This document shows positions 6,934 to 16,608 of a stretch of 64,000 nucleotides of DNA, one piece after another. The stretch covers positions 1 to 64,000 of IMG/VR virus record IMGVR_UViG_3300024346_000030. One strand, written 5' to 3'. The notes below the pieces were generated by a model that ran no database searches, was not told the origin of the DNA, and saw only the letters and a program-made list of their open reading frames with translations. Source of the stretch: a virus. Taxonomy: Duplodnaviria; Caudoviricetes. A program made the position numbers and the translations under genes. Within the stretch, counting starts at the first letter, position 1, and the number at the start of each line of letters is the position of its first letter.

Positions 6934-7834
6934 ATGTAAAGAGTGCGGACAGGATTTCGAAACCCTAAGAAGCTTACATGCACACATCAAGAAGCACAAG
7001 ATGTTTCTTGGTGATTATTATGTCAAGCACTTTGCTAGAAAGAACAAACTCACTGGCGAGTTGTTGCCTTTCAAGAATCATGACGATTATTTTTCAAAAG
7101 ACTTCTCTCAGCCTCACCAATTAATGGAGTGGATTGAGAAATCCAAAGAAGAGGAAGTAAAAGAATATATAATTAAACTTCTTAATGATAGAATTATAAA
7201 AAAAGACCTATCTTATGGTCCAACGGACCTTGAATTGAGGACTTCTGGATTGCCTTCTGTTGACATATACAAAAAATATTTTGGCAACTATACTGAGGCT
7301 TGTAGGTTGTGTGGTGTTAAACCATTACTTTTTAAAAACCTGCCAAAATCTTTCGACAAAGATTATTCTGAAATTAAAATACTGATTGATACTAGAGAAC
7401 AGCAACCTTTAAGTTTTAAAAACTCAGAAAAGTACAAATCAGATGTTGGGGATTACTCTGTTGAATCTTCTAATTATGATTATACCCACGTAGATAGAAA
7501 GTCTTTTGGTGATTTCTGTGGAACGATTACATCTGGTTATGCTCGCTTTTGCAAAGAACTTGATAGGTGCGAAGCAATGGGATGCTATTTATTTGTTGTT
7601 ATGGAGTTTTCGTATGAAGACATCAAAGAAATAAACAAAGAAAGCTATAAAAAATACAAGTTAGATTATGTTTTTCATAATATGAGAGAGATTCAAAAGA
7701 AATATAAAGACTGTTGTCAGTTTGTTTTCACTGGATCTAGAGAATCAAGTGAATTGATCATACCTAAGATACTTGTATTGGGTAAAGAACTTTGGCAAAC
7801 AGACCTGAATTATTTTTGGTCTAAAAAACTATAA
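6923..7834 (+). CDS. C2H2 zinc finger + ERCC4-type nuclease domain protein
   Basis: CKECGQDF..LHAHIKKH; ILIDTREQ..GDYSV..DRKS..DF..T..RF.KEL.R. Confidence 0.75.
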   Translation: MLFECKECGQDFETLRSLHAHIKKHKMFLGDYYVKHFARKNKLTGELLPFKNHDDYFSKDFSQPHQLMEWIEKSKEEEVKEYIIKLLNDRIIKKDLSYGPTDLELRTSGLPSVDIYKKYFGNYTEACRLCGVKPLLFKNLPKSFDKDYSEIKILIDTREQQPLSFKNSEKYKSDVGDYSVESSNYDYTHVDRKSFGDFCGTITSGYARFCKELDRCEAMGCYLFVVMEFSYEDIKEINKESYKKYKLDYVFHNMREIQKKYKDCCQFVFTGSRESSELIIPKILVLGKELWQTDLNYFWSKKL

Positions 7835-7839
7835 AAAAA

Positions 7840-9699
7840 ATGAGTTGGGAAAAAGGAATACAAGAATCTAGAAATAGGTTCCCAGATATCAATAAAGAGA
7901 TTCTGGAGATAGATGGATACATAGAAGAAGAAGAGGCAAAACTATTGCTTTATAAATTCTTAAGACAGAACCCATCTTTTGCTGCTGAGTTTATTACTGG
8001 AGTAAAATTGTTCCCTTTCCAGCATATGTCCATAAAGGCCATGATGGAGACCGATTACTTTTTGGGGATATGGAGTCGTGGAATGTCCAAAAGCTTCTCT
8101 ACGGCCGTTTTTGCGCTATTAGACGCTATTTTAAACCAAGGTGTTCACATTGGAATCATATCTAAGTCTTTTCGACAGTCAAAAATGATATTTACGAAGA
8201 TGGAAGAGATAGCTGCGAGCCCAAAAGCCGAATTTCTTTCTCAATGTATTACGAGGGTATCAAAAGCTAATGATCAGTGGGTCATGGAGGTCGGTAGAAG
8301 TAAAATTACCGCCCTACCTCTTGGTGATGGAGAAAAACTTCGAGGCTTCCGTTTTGAGAGGATGATTATTGACGAGCTATTGCTCATGCCAGAGAAGGTT
8401 TTGAATGAGGTTATCATGCCGTTTCTATCTGTTATTAAAAATCCGACAGAGAGGCAGGAGATTCATGATGTGGAAACAGAGATGATTAAACAGGGTAAGA
8501 TGAAAGAGGAGGATAGACATAAGTGGCCGAACAACAAAATTATTGGTTTGTCTTCTGCATCTTATAGGTTTGAACATTTATATAAGATGTATTGTCAGTA
8601 TGAGTCATTGATTCTTAATGAAAACGAGCAAGACAAGGCTCATAGAACCATAATGCACTTTAGTTATGATTGTGCGCCGCCCCAACTATACGATCAAAAC
8701 CTTATTGATCAAGCAAAGGCTACAATGAGTCAGTCTCAGTTCGACCGAGAGTTTATGGCTGTATTTACAGACGATAGTTCTGGTTATTTCAAGGTGAGTA
8801 AGATGGCCGCGTGTACAATTCCAGATGGAGAAGGTCAATGCGTAGAAGTCAAGGGTCAGCCTGGCGATGAATATATATTAGCCTTTGACCCTTCTTGGTC
8901 TGAGAGTGATGGGTCCGACGATTTTGCTATGATGGTTATTAAGCTTAATAAAGAAACAAAAAAGGGTACAATAGTTCATAGTTATGCTTTATCAGGGTCT
9001 AACCTGAAAACTCACATTAACTACATGGCTTATATACTGGAAAACTTCAATATTGTTTCTGTGGTTGGTGACTACAATGGTGGAGTTCAGTTCTTAAACT
9101 CATGTAATGAGAGTAGTATTTTTAAAGATAAAAAAATAAAACTAAACTTGATTGATGCTGATTTAGACGATCATCAAAACTACGATAAAGGTCTCCGTGA
9201 TTTAAAGAGGCAGTATAACAAAGACAACAGGACTTTTGTGTTTTTAAGAAAGCCAAGTTCTAAGTGGATACGTTATGCAAACGAACTTCTTCAGGCTTCT
9301 TTTGACCACAAGAGAATATTCTTTGCTGGAGCAGCTATGGATGAAGATTACAACAAGCAAAGGAAGTCCAATATTCCAATTAAAAAATTAAAATTTATAA
9401 ACAACTATAATGAATCATCTGAGGCCGCAAAAATGATTGATTTTGTTGAGCATCAAAAAGATATGATGGACTTGGTGAAAGTTGAGTGTGCTATGGTTCA
9501 GGTTTCTACTTCAACACAAGGAACTCAAAGTTTCGATCTGCCTTTGAACTTAAGAAAACAAAGAGGTGCGGATAAAGCAAGAAAAGACTCATATTCTGCT
9601 TTAATACTTGGCAACTGGATGTTGAATGTATACTATGATATGACTGATGATAAAATCGAAACTAATCAAGGTACATTCACGCCTATGTTCATTGATTGA
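7840..9699 (+). CDS. terL: terminase large subunit
   Basis: SRGMSKS Walker A, LRGFRFERMIIDE Walker B, AFDPS RNase H-like nuclease, KDSYSA; lies upstream of the portal. Confidence 0.9.
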   Translation: MSWEKGIQESRNRFPDINKEILEIDGYIEEEEAKLLLYKFLRQNPSFAAEFITGVKLFPFQHMSIKAMMETDYFLGIWSRGMSKSFSTAVFALLDAILNQGVHIGIISKSFRQSKMIFTKMEEIAASPKAEFLSQCITRVSKANDQWVMEVGRSKITALPLGDGEKLRGFRFERMIIDELLLMPEKVLNEVIMPFLSVIKNPTERQEIHDVETEMIKQGKMKEEDRHKWPNNKIIGLSSASYRFEHLYKMYCQYESLILNENEQDKAHRTIMHFSYDCAPPQLYDQNLIDQAKATMSQSQFDREFMAVFTDDSSGYFKVSKMAACTIPDGEGQCVEVKGQPGDEYILAFDPSWSESDGSDDFAMMVIKLNKETKKGTIVHSYALSGSNLKTHINYMAYILENFNIVSVVGDYNGGVQFLNSCNESSIFKDKKIKLNLIDADLDDHQNYDKGLRDLKRQYNKDNRTFVFLRKPSSKWIRYANELLQASFDHKRIFFAGAAMDEDYNKQRKSNIPIKKLKFINNYNESSEAAKMIDFVEHQKDMMDLVKVECAMVQVSTSTQGTQSFDLPLNLRKQRGADKARKDSYSALILGNWMLNVYYDMTDDKIETNQGTFTPMFID

Positions 9700-9705
9700 A
9701 TTTTA

Positions 9706-9710
9706 GTGTA
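9706..9710 (+). promoter_or_regulatory. candidate late promoter GTGTA
   Basis: 14 nt before ATG 9720. Confidence 0.55.
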
Positions 9711-9719
9711 ACAATTATT

Positions 9720-10058
9720 ATGCCTTTACCAACACCAAACGATAAAGAGAAGAAAAGCGACTTTGTTTCAAGATGTTTATTATCTGAAGTTGTAAAAAAA
9801 GACTTTAAAAGTCAAGATCAGAGAGTTGCTGTTTGTTACAGTCAGTATGAAGAAGCAAAAAATAAATCCAAAGCTGTTGCTGAATTTGGTGATGATGAGA
9901 TTATTCTCATGGAATCAAATGAAGATCAAAAGAATTACGATCACGAAATGACCATTTCTAAAGAGTCAATGGAAGAGCTCCACGAAAAAGGAGAAACATA
10001 CATAACCGAAACAGATGGAGACGAAACTATGGTCATAAAAGTTAAATACCAAAGTTAA
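9720..10058 (+). CDS. small head-module protein (start reassigned to 9720)
   Basis: MPLPTPNDKEKKSDFVSRC..QRVAVCYSQY, a motif common in phage head-region proteins. Confidence 0.6.
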   Translation: MPLPTPNDKEKKSDFVSRCLLSEVVKKDFKSQDQRVAVCYSQYEEAKNKSKAVAEFGDDEIILMESNEDQKNYDHEMTISKESMEELHEKGETYITETDGDETMVIKVKYQS

Positions 10059-10098
10059 AGTCAAACTTTCGAAAGTTAAAGTTAAACTTTTGACTTTT
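10037..10098. repeat. nested AAAGTY/RACTTT inverted-repeat array
   Basis: Perfect palindrome AACTTTCGAAAGTT at 10064-10077; AAAGTCAAA 10057-10065 pairs with TTTGACTTT 10089-10097; further AAAGTTA copies. Confidence 0.8.
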
Positions 10099-10100
10099 CC

Positions 10101-10105
10101 GTGTA
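10101..10105 (+). promoter_or_regulatory. candidate late promoter GTGTA (portal operon)
   Basis: 14 nt before ATG 10115. Confidence 0.6.
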
Positions 10106-10114
10106 TAATAGGTT

Positions 10115-12115
10115 ATGGCGAAGAGAAAGTATACAAAGAAGTCTGATTACTGGGCTAAGTTTCACAAGGATCAAGAAAAGAGTATTGCTGCTAGCAACGA
10201 ACTCTTCGAACCGTCTTTAGAGGGCGATCCTTTTTATGTTTCATCAGCCTCTTACAAGGGGGTTTCAAAATCAGCTTGTCAAAGGGGTTCTTCGCCTAAA
10301 TCTGCGAGCAGAATAAATAGGGCTGCAGTAGCACCAAAAATAGATAAGTTTTCTAGTATCAGAACAGGCTTGCTTCCTTACGATTACTCTGCCGATGGCA
10401 TTAACGTTCGTGATGCTATAGAGTTGTGTCAAAAAGCATATGCCAATGTGTCTGTTTTTAGAAACGCTATTGATATTATGTCTGAATTCGCTAATACGGA
10501 TTTATTTCTAGAGGGAGGAACAAAGAAAAGCAGGGATTTCTTTAATGAGTGGTTTAAAAAGATTAATTTGATTAATTTGAAGGATCAATACTTTAGAGAG
10601 TACTACAGAAGCGGTAATATATTTTTATACAGGTTAGACGGTAAGTTTAAAGCTGATGATTTTGCTGAACTTGTTAATTCCATAGCTCCTAAAAATGGAT
10701 CTAAGAATTCCGTGCCAATCAGATACATACTCATGAACCCTTACGACATTGTCGCTACAAGGGCTTCGTCTTTCAATGATGGCGCTTACGAAAAAATACT
10801 CTCCGAGTATGAGATGTCTAGACTCCAAAACCCATCTACCGATGAGGACAAAGAGATATTCGAGGCCCTGCCAAAGAAAGTTCAGGAGAGTATTAAAAGA
10901 GGAGAATACAATGTTGATGGTTTAAAAATTCAACTAGACCCAGTTAAAGTGCTTCATTCTTTTTACAAGAAGCAGGATTATGAACCTTTTGCAATTCCTT
11001 TTGGTTATCCAGTTCTAGAGGACATAAACGCAAAGCTTGAACTTAAGAAAATGGATCAAGCTATAACAAGAACTATAGAAAATGTAATTCTTCTCATAAC
11101 TATGGGTGCAGAGCCTGATAAGGGTGGCATTAACGCTCAAAACCTAAACGCCATGCAATCTTTATTTAAAAATGAAAGTGTTGGACGGGTCCTTGTCTCG
11201 GATTATACAACGAATGCTGAATTTATTATACCAGACCTGAATAAGGTTCTTGGATCAGAAAAATACAAAGTATTAAACGAAGATATTAAGCAAGGTTTGC
11301 AGAATGTTGTTGTAGGAGAAGAAAAATATGGAGCTACTCAAGTCAAAGCTCAAATCTTCATAGATAGACTAAAAGAGGCCAGAAACGCATTCTTGTCAGA
11401 CTTCCTTCAAAAAGAAATAAAAAGAGTTTCCAAGGAGCTTGGTTTTAGATCTTATCCTACCGCCACATTTAAAGATATTGACATGAGAGATGAGACTCAG
11501 TTGATGAAGGTTGCCACCAGATTGATGGAGCTTGGTATCATTACCCCACAGCAAGGCATGGAAATGTTCCATACTGGTAAATTCCCTGAAGTAAGCGAAA
11601 TAAGCCCAGCACAAAAGAAGTTTGTAGAGGAACGTGAGGATGGTTACTACAACCCAATAGTAGGTGGAGTACCAATGATGGAGGGCGCTGAAACCAAAGA
11701 CAACAATCCCCAAAATGGTCCAAAGGGACAACCTGGCAGACCAGAAGGAACTTCGGGTTCGCCTCAAGTAAACTCAGAAGCAAAATATTCAAGGAAAGAT
11801 ATAGAGAGAACCATAAACGAACTCGAGACTGCTAGAGCGAGTATAAAGAAAGAAATGAAAGACAAGTTGAACATCAAAAGGTTTAATAAGAAAAACGAAA
11901 AGATGTTAGACAGTTTGTGCGAAGCTATAGTTTGTTCTACTGAGATTGAAAATTGGACACAAAAAGCTTTTTCTTGTGTATCTAATTTAGAAGAGATACA
12001 AAAACTTGACGTAAAGTCAAAAATTTTAGAAATAGCTGCGGAACACGAATTAGATAATTACTCTGCAGCTATACTTTATCACAGCAATAATAAGAATGAA
12101 GAAACACAAGCCTAA
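10115..12115 (+). CDS. portal protein
   Basis: Lies between terL and the protease; AYANVSVFRNAID, KQDYEPFAIPFGYPVL, GRVLVSDY motifs. Confidence 0.8.
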   Translation: MAKRKYTKKSDYWAKFHKDQEKSIAASNELFEPSLEGDPFYVSSASYKGVSKSACQRGSSPKSASRINRAAVAPKIDKFSSIRTGLLPYDYSADGINVRDAIELCQKAYANVSVFRNAIDIMSEFANTDLFLEGGTKKSRDFFNEWFKKINLINLKDQYFREYYRSGNIFLYRLDGKFKADDFAELVNSIAPKNGSKNSVPIRYILMNPYDIVATRASSFNDGAYEKILSEYEMSRLQNPSTDEDKEIFEALPKKVQESIKRGEYNVDGLKIQLDPVKVLHSFYKKQDYEPFAIPFGYPVLEDINAKLELKKMDQAITRTIENVILLITMGAEPDKGGINAQNLNAMQSLFKNESVGRVLVSDYTTNAEFIIPDLNKVLGSEKYKVLNEDIKQGLQNVVVGEEKYGATQVKAQIFIDRLKEARNAFLSDFLQKEIKRVSKELGFRSYPTATFKDIDMRDETQLMKVATRLMELGIITPQQGMEMFHTGKFPEVSEISPAQKKFVEEREDGYYNPIVGGVPMMEGAETKDNNPQNGPKGQPGRPEGTSGSPQVNSEAKYSRKDIERTINELETARASIKKEMKDKLNIKRFNKKNEKMLDSLCEAIVCSTEIENWTQKAFSCVSNLEEIQKLDVKSKILEIAAEHELDNYSAAILYHSNNKNEETQA

Positions 12116-13625
12116 ATATAAATATACCGCCAAGTTTGATGCGGAGGTTTTCTCTTGTGATATTGGAGGAGACTCTTTCTTGTCGAAAGCTTCTCTAGAG
12201 AACTTAGAGTCTTTGATTCCTAATGGTATAGACTTTGAGGATAACATAGACTTGCTTGGTGTGGCTTTTAATGCTGCTGTAGTAAATAAATTTAATAAAA
12301 ATGGCGACGGGATTGATTCTAAGACCGCTATTGAATATACAAAAAACTTCGTACATAAACCCACGAACATAGAACACGACAAAGACAAGATCGTGGGGCA
12401 TATAGCCAGTGCTGGTTGGAGTGAATATGGAACTAGCAGAGTACTGACAGCTGAAGAGCTTCAGGGTTATACTAAGCCTTTCAATATCGCTCTTGGTGCT
12501 TTGGTTTATAAATCGGCCAACTCAACGTTTGCGGAAGCTATAGAAAAATCAGTAGATCCTAAAGGAGGTATGTATCACAGCATATCAACAAGTTGGGAAG
12601 TTGGTTTCTCGGATTTCGTGCTGGCAGTTGGCAGTGAATATGTCGAAGAAGCAAGAATAATCTCTGATCCTGAAGAGATGGAAGAAATGGTCGGATGCCT
12701 TCGTTCCTTTGGTGGAAGCGGCAAGACAGACAAGGGTGAGACTGTAAATAGACTCATCACAGGAAAAATTTATCCACTTGGGATTGGTTACACAACTAAT
12801 CCAGCTGCTGACGTAAAAGGAATTTACATGAAGCAAGACCAAGAAAATACTATTGTAATAAAAGACAAAAGAGATAAAAATATTTCACAAAGTGAAAAAA
12901 CTAATGTAAACCTTAAAAAGAATAATTCTATGGAAACCGAAAAAGTTATCGACGAACTGAAGGATCTTCTGGCTGACAAGAAGTTCTCACAGGAAGCAAT
13001 CGCCTCCATGACTAGCACCTTTAATGATGCTATCAAGGAAAAAGACGAGGAATTCCGTGCAGAACTTGCCAAAGCTAACGAAGAAAAAGAGGCAATTGCC
13101 AAAGAACAAGAAGAACTAAAGTCATCTGTTGAAGAACTTAAGACTAAGTTTGACGAAGCACAACTAAAAATTGCTGATTACGAAGCTGCAGAAAAAGCAG
13201 AAAAGGCAATTGCTCGTTTTAATGAGCGTATGGATGTGCTTGATCATAAATTTGAACTTGAAGATGAGGACAAAGAATTCCTTGCTCAGGAACTAAAAAG
13301 CATCGACGAAGCCGAAGAAGCATTTGCATCTTTCGAGCAGAAACTTGATGTTCTTTGGAGACACAAGAGCAAAGAGGCTAAAGCCGAATTTGAAAAGCAA
13401 GTTGAAGCACGTATCCAACAAGAAGTTGAAAAGCGTATTTCAAGTCCAAAGGAAGAAGCAGTGCAAGAGTCTGTAGCCAGCAAAACAGAAGAAGAAATTC
13501 TTGATGGTGCTGAAACTACAGAAGCAGCTATTGCAAATTCAAACGAAGAAGTTTCCCGTGAGGAAAAAACAATCAAAGAGAAATTCTCAGCTGCGTTTGA
13601 TCGTAGTAACGTGGAAATCTCCTAA
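12096..13625 (+). CDS. prohead protease/scaffold fusion
   Basis: Globular N-half (NKNGD, NIEH, SWEVGF, GIGYTTNPAA) followed by a long acidic coiled coil; position before the capsid genes. Confidence 0.7.
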   Translation: MKKHKPKYKYTAKFDAEVFSCDIGGDSFLSKASLENLESLIPNGIDFEDNIDLLGVAFNAAVVNKFNKNGDGIDSKTAIEYTKNFVHKPTNIEHDKDKIVGHIASAGWSEYGTSRVLTAEELQGYTKPFNIALGALVYKSANSTFAEAIEKSVDPKGGMYHSISTSWEVGFSDFVLAVGSEYVEEARIISDPEEMEEMVGCLRSFGGSGKTDKGETVNRLITGKIYPLGIGYTTNPAADVKGIYMKQDQENTIVIKDKRDKNISQSEKTNVNLKKNNSMETEKVIDELKDLLADKKFSQEAIASMTSTFNDAIKEKDEEFRAELAKANEEKEAIAKEQEELKSSVEELKTKFDEAQLKIADYEAAEKAEKAIARFNERMDVLDHKFELEDEDKEFLAQELKSIDEAEEAFASFEQKLDVLWRHKSKEAKAEFEKQVEARIQQEVEKRISSPKEEAVQESVASKTEEEILDGAETTEAAIANSNEEVSREEKTIKEKFSAAFDRSNVEIS

Positions 13626-13654
13626 CAATTTAACAAAAAAACAAAAATAAAATT

Positions 13655-14263
13655 ATGTCACTCAGAATTCTACCATTCAGACAATATGACGAAAACGATG
13701 TTATCAATCTTTTCGCTCTAGATAGTTCCAGCGTCAACGAAGCCACAACGGCTTCAGGCGATGGCGATGCTGGTGTATTTGTTAAGGTCTCCGCTGGAGA
13801 TTTTAACCTTGAACCAGTTGCATACGGTGATGACGCTTACCTTGGTAAGACCGATTACCCTTTCGTAAAAGCACAATACCCAAGCGTTCAGCTTGAGTGC
13901 GCTCCAGCCGCAAGCGGTGAAGCCCTTTTGGGAATCACTCTTCGTCAAACTGCAAAGACTGACGAAAACGGTGAAAAGCTTCTTTACAATCCAGTAAAGG
14001 CCGAAGAGCTTGGTTGTGTACTTCCTGGACAAGCTGTTCCTGTTGCTACTCGCGGAGTATTCACCATTACTGCAGGTGCCTTTGTTGGTGCTCTTACAGT
14101 AGGCGGTGGAATCGCTCTTAGCGCTACTCCAGGTAAAGTTGAGGCTTGCGCCGCAACAGCTCCTGAAAAAGTTGGTACTGTTATCGGAACTGGAACTCGC
14201 GGAAGCGGAACCATTACTGATGCTTTAGAAGGCGATTACGCGGTCATCGCTCTTGGTCTCTAA
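13655..14263 (+). CDS. capsid decoration/cement protein
   Basis: Gly/Ala-rich 202-aa ORF between scaffold and MCP (VLPGQAVPVATRG). Confidence 0.6.
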   Translation: MSLRILPFRQYDENDVINLFALDSSSVNEATTASGDGDAGVFVKVSAGDFNLEPVAYGDDAYLGKTDYPFVKAQYPSVQLECAPAASGEALLGITLRQTAKTDENGEKLLYNPVKAEELGCVLPGQAVPVATRGVFTITAGAFVGALTVGGGIALSATPGKVEACAATAPEKVGTVIGTGTRGSGTITDALEGDYAVIALGL

Positions 14264-14294
14264 TCTTTAACAATTAACAAGAATATATATAAAT

Positions 14295-15413
14295 ATGAAA
14301 ATTTCTCTTAAAAGAACACCAGAACAAATTGAGCTTATTAAGGCTATGGCTTCTAAGAACCGTTCGGTTGCTTACGAAGCTCAAGTAGCACTTGCAGAGT
14401 TTATTGGCCCAGTTATCGCTGAAGTCATCAACAACGCTCCAGTACTTAGTAACCTATTTACCCCTCTTCAGTTTAACTCAGAAGACAATCCTTCGATTCC
14501 TTTGGATCTGTACTACGATGTTACTGATGAAGATTACGTACAGGTTTACAGCAACAGTGTTGCTGGAGGTCTTCCTCAAAACCAAGTCGTTCCTACTGTT
14601 TCCGAACTTAAGGTCGCTACCTACAGCCTGGACACAGCAGTAAGCTTTGATCGTCGTTATGCAGCCAAGAGCCGCATGGACGTTGTAAGCAAGACATTCA
14701 CTCGCATGGCTCAAGAAATTCTTCTCAAGCAAGAGAAGACTTCAGCTAACCTTATCATGGGTGCTGTAGCAGGAGCAACAACTAACGGTAAGGATCACGT
14801 TTTCCGTGCAACTTCCGATGGTTCTTTCCTTCTTGACGACTTCAACGAGCTTATCACTCGCGGCAAGCGCATCAACACAGCATGGAACAAAGGCACCCCA
14901 GAAGGTGGCCGTCGTGGTATCACCGATATCATGGTTTCTCCAGAAGCTGTTAAAGCTCTTCGTGAGATGTCTTACAACCCAATCAACACCAAAGGTACCG
15001 ATTCTATTGCTGGCACAGACAGCGTACGTGAGTCAGTATTCAATGCTGGTGGTGGTCTTCCTGACTTCTACGGTATCTCCATCATGGAGGTTAACGAGCT
15101 TGGTGTAGGACAGAAGTTCAACACAATCTTCGACACAGTTGCTGGCGCAACTTCATACACCAAGGCTGATGGAACTGCTGGAGCTGTCTTTGACGGCGCT
15201 GCAGACGAAATCATGATTGGTCTTGATCGTGGACGCGATGCTCTTATTAAGGCAATCGCTGTTGACGAGGAGAACGGATCTGAGTTCCAAATGATTGCTG
15301 ACGATCAGTACAGCATTCGTCAGAACAAGATTGGCTGGTTCGGTGGTCTTGAAGAGGGCCGCATGGTCCTTGATAACCGCGCACTTGCTGGTATCGTTTG
15401 TAACGGTCTCTAA
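14295..15413 (+). CDS. major capsid protein (HK97 fold)
   Basis: 372 aa, highly biased codon usage, position in the head operon, strong terminator immediately after. Confidence 0.8.
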   Translation: MKISLKRTPEQIELIKAMASKNRSVAYEAQVALAEFIGPVIAEVINNAPVLSNLFTPLQFNSEDNPSIPLDLYYDVTDEDYVQVYSNSVAGGLPQNQVVPTVSELKVATYSLDTAVSFDRRYAAKSRMDVVSKTFTRMAQEILLKQEKTSANLIMGAVAGATTNGKDHVFRATSDGSFLLDDFNELITRGKRINTAWNKGTPEGGRRGITDIMVSPEAVKALREMSYNPINTKGTDSIAGTDSVRESVFNAGGGLPDFYGISIMEVNELGVGQKFNTIFDTVAGATSYTKADGTAGAVFDGAADEIMIGLDRGRDALIKAIAVDEENGSEFQMIADDQYSIRQNKIGWFGGLEEGRMVLDNRALAGIVCNGL

Positions 15414-15434
15414 GATCATTATAATTAAAAATTT

Positions 15435-15465
15435 AAGGTCACTCTTAACTGAGTGGCCTTTTTTT
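15435..15465 (+). terminator. intrinsic terminator after the MCP, abutting a GTGTA motif at 15466
   Basis: AAGGTCACTC-TTAACT-GAGTGGCCTT followed by a T tract. Confidence 0.85.
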
Positions 15466-15499
15466 GTGTAAATATTCAATAACAAACCTATTATAAAAT

Positions 15500-16060
15500 A
15501 TGGAAGAAGAAAAATCAAACGAAATGGACGTATCTTATGGAGTTAAAAACCCTGAAGATTCTATCGAATCTGCAAATAAGAGCAAGTCTAAAAAAGCGAA
15601 ATCAAAAAAGAAGGCTAAAAAGTCTAAAGTGATTGAGTCGTCCGAAGGAGTAACTAAGGAAGATAAAGAAGCAAAGCCGCCAAAAAAAGATCTTATTAAA
15701 GAGATAAATGATATGAAGGCTTCGGGAGATGTTAGCTCTTCAGAGTTTACTGATAAAATGGCAGAGCTTGAGGGCATTCTTGGAGTAGATACCATAAACC
15801 CATTTGGGACAAACGAAATTGAAGTTTTCGAAAGAAACCTTAAGGGTATGAATATGGCTGACATGAAAAACCTAGCAGCTAAGGTAGGAATTAACCCGTT
15901 CCATGAAAAAAGTGTTCTTAAGAACATCCTCAAAAAAGAGTTCATGGCAGCTAATAGAAACAACATGAAGAACATCATGCCTTCACCCCAAAGCTCTATT
16001 CAATTAGATCCTAATAATCCACAGCATGCAAAGACCATTGCTATTCTTGGAGATATTTAA
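15500..16060 (+). CDS. hypothetical virion-module protein
   Basis: 186-aa ORF with a Lys-rich N-terminus; GTGTA 34 nt upstream. Confidence 0.6.
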   Translation: MEEEKSNEMDVSYGVKNPEDSIESANKSKSKKAKSKKKAKKSKVIESSEGVTKEDKEAKPPKKDLIKEINDMKASGDVSSSEFTDKMAELEGILGVDTINPFGTNEIEVFERNLKGMNMADMKNLAAKVGINPFHEKSVLKNILKKEFMAANRNNMKNIMPSPQSSIQLDPNNPQHAKTIAILGDI

Positions 16061-16077
16061 TAGTATTATATAAATCA

Positions 16078-16530
16078 ATGAGTGTTTTATCAGATCTGGC
16101 AGATACAATCATGTCTCAAGAATTCGATGGCGATTTCGATGAGAATACGACGCAATCAATACAGGCCTGGTTAGAGGAGAATCTTGGCCAGTTAAATATA
16201 TTGATAAATACTAACTATTGTCTGGAAGACGCAGAATTAGGCATAGAAGAGTCCGCAGTGTATAGAGAGCTATATCTGTACCATTACTACTCCAAACGCG
16301 CCAGGATGGCTTCTAGAGGCGTTACGGGTAGTTGTTCGGAGTCTTCGTCGGGAGACATAACATCTATTAGCGATGGAGAAAGTAGGGTTACCTTCACAAA
16401 CAAAAACGAAGTTACTAAAGTATTAAGAGGTTTGGCTAATGACGCCAAGCAGAACATGGATGATTTGATCCATAGGTACAACATGTATCAATCTGAACCT
16501 AGACAAGTAGGTGGTATAGAGGCTGAATAA
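16078..16530 (+). CDS. probable head-tail adaptor
   Basis: Helical N-terminus then SISDGESRVTF; size and position after the MCP. Confidence 0.5.
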   Translation: MSVLSDLADTIMSQEFDGDFDENTTQSIQAWLEENLGQLNILINTNYCLEDAELGIEESAVYRELYLYHYYSKRARMASRGVTGSCSESSSGDITSISDGESRVTFTNKNEVTKVLRGLANDAKQNMDDLIHRYNMYQSEPRQVGGIEAE

Positions 16531-16554
16531 AATATCACAAGCTTTAAGTTAAAC

Positions 16555-16598
16555 AAAAAAAACCCCGCTCTAGCAAAACTAGGCGGGGCTTTTATTTT
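16555..16598. terminator. bidirectional terminator between convergent genes
   Basis: A tract-CCCCGCTCTAG..CTAGGCGGGG-T tract. Confidence 0.8.
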
Positions 16599-16608
16599 GA
16601 ATGTTATA

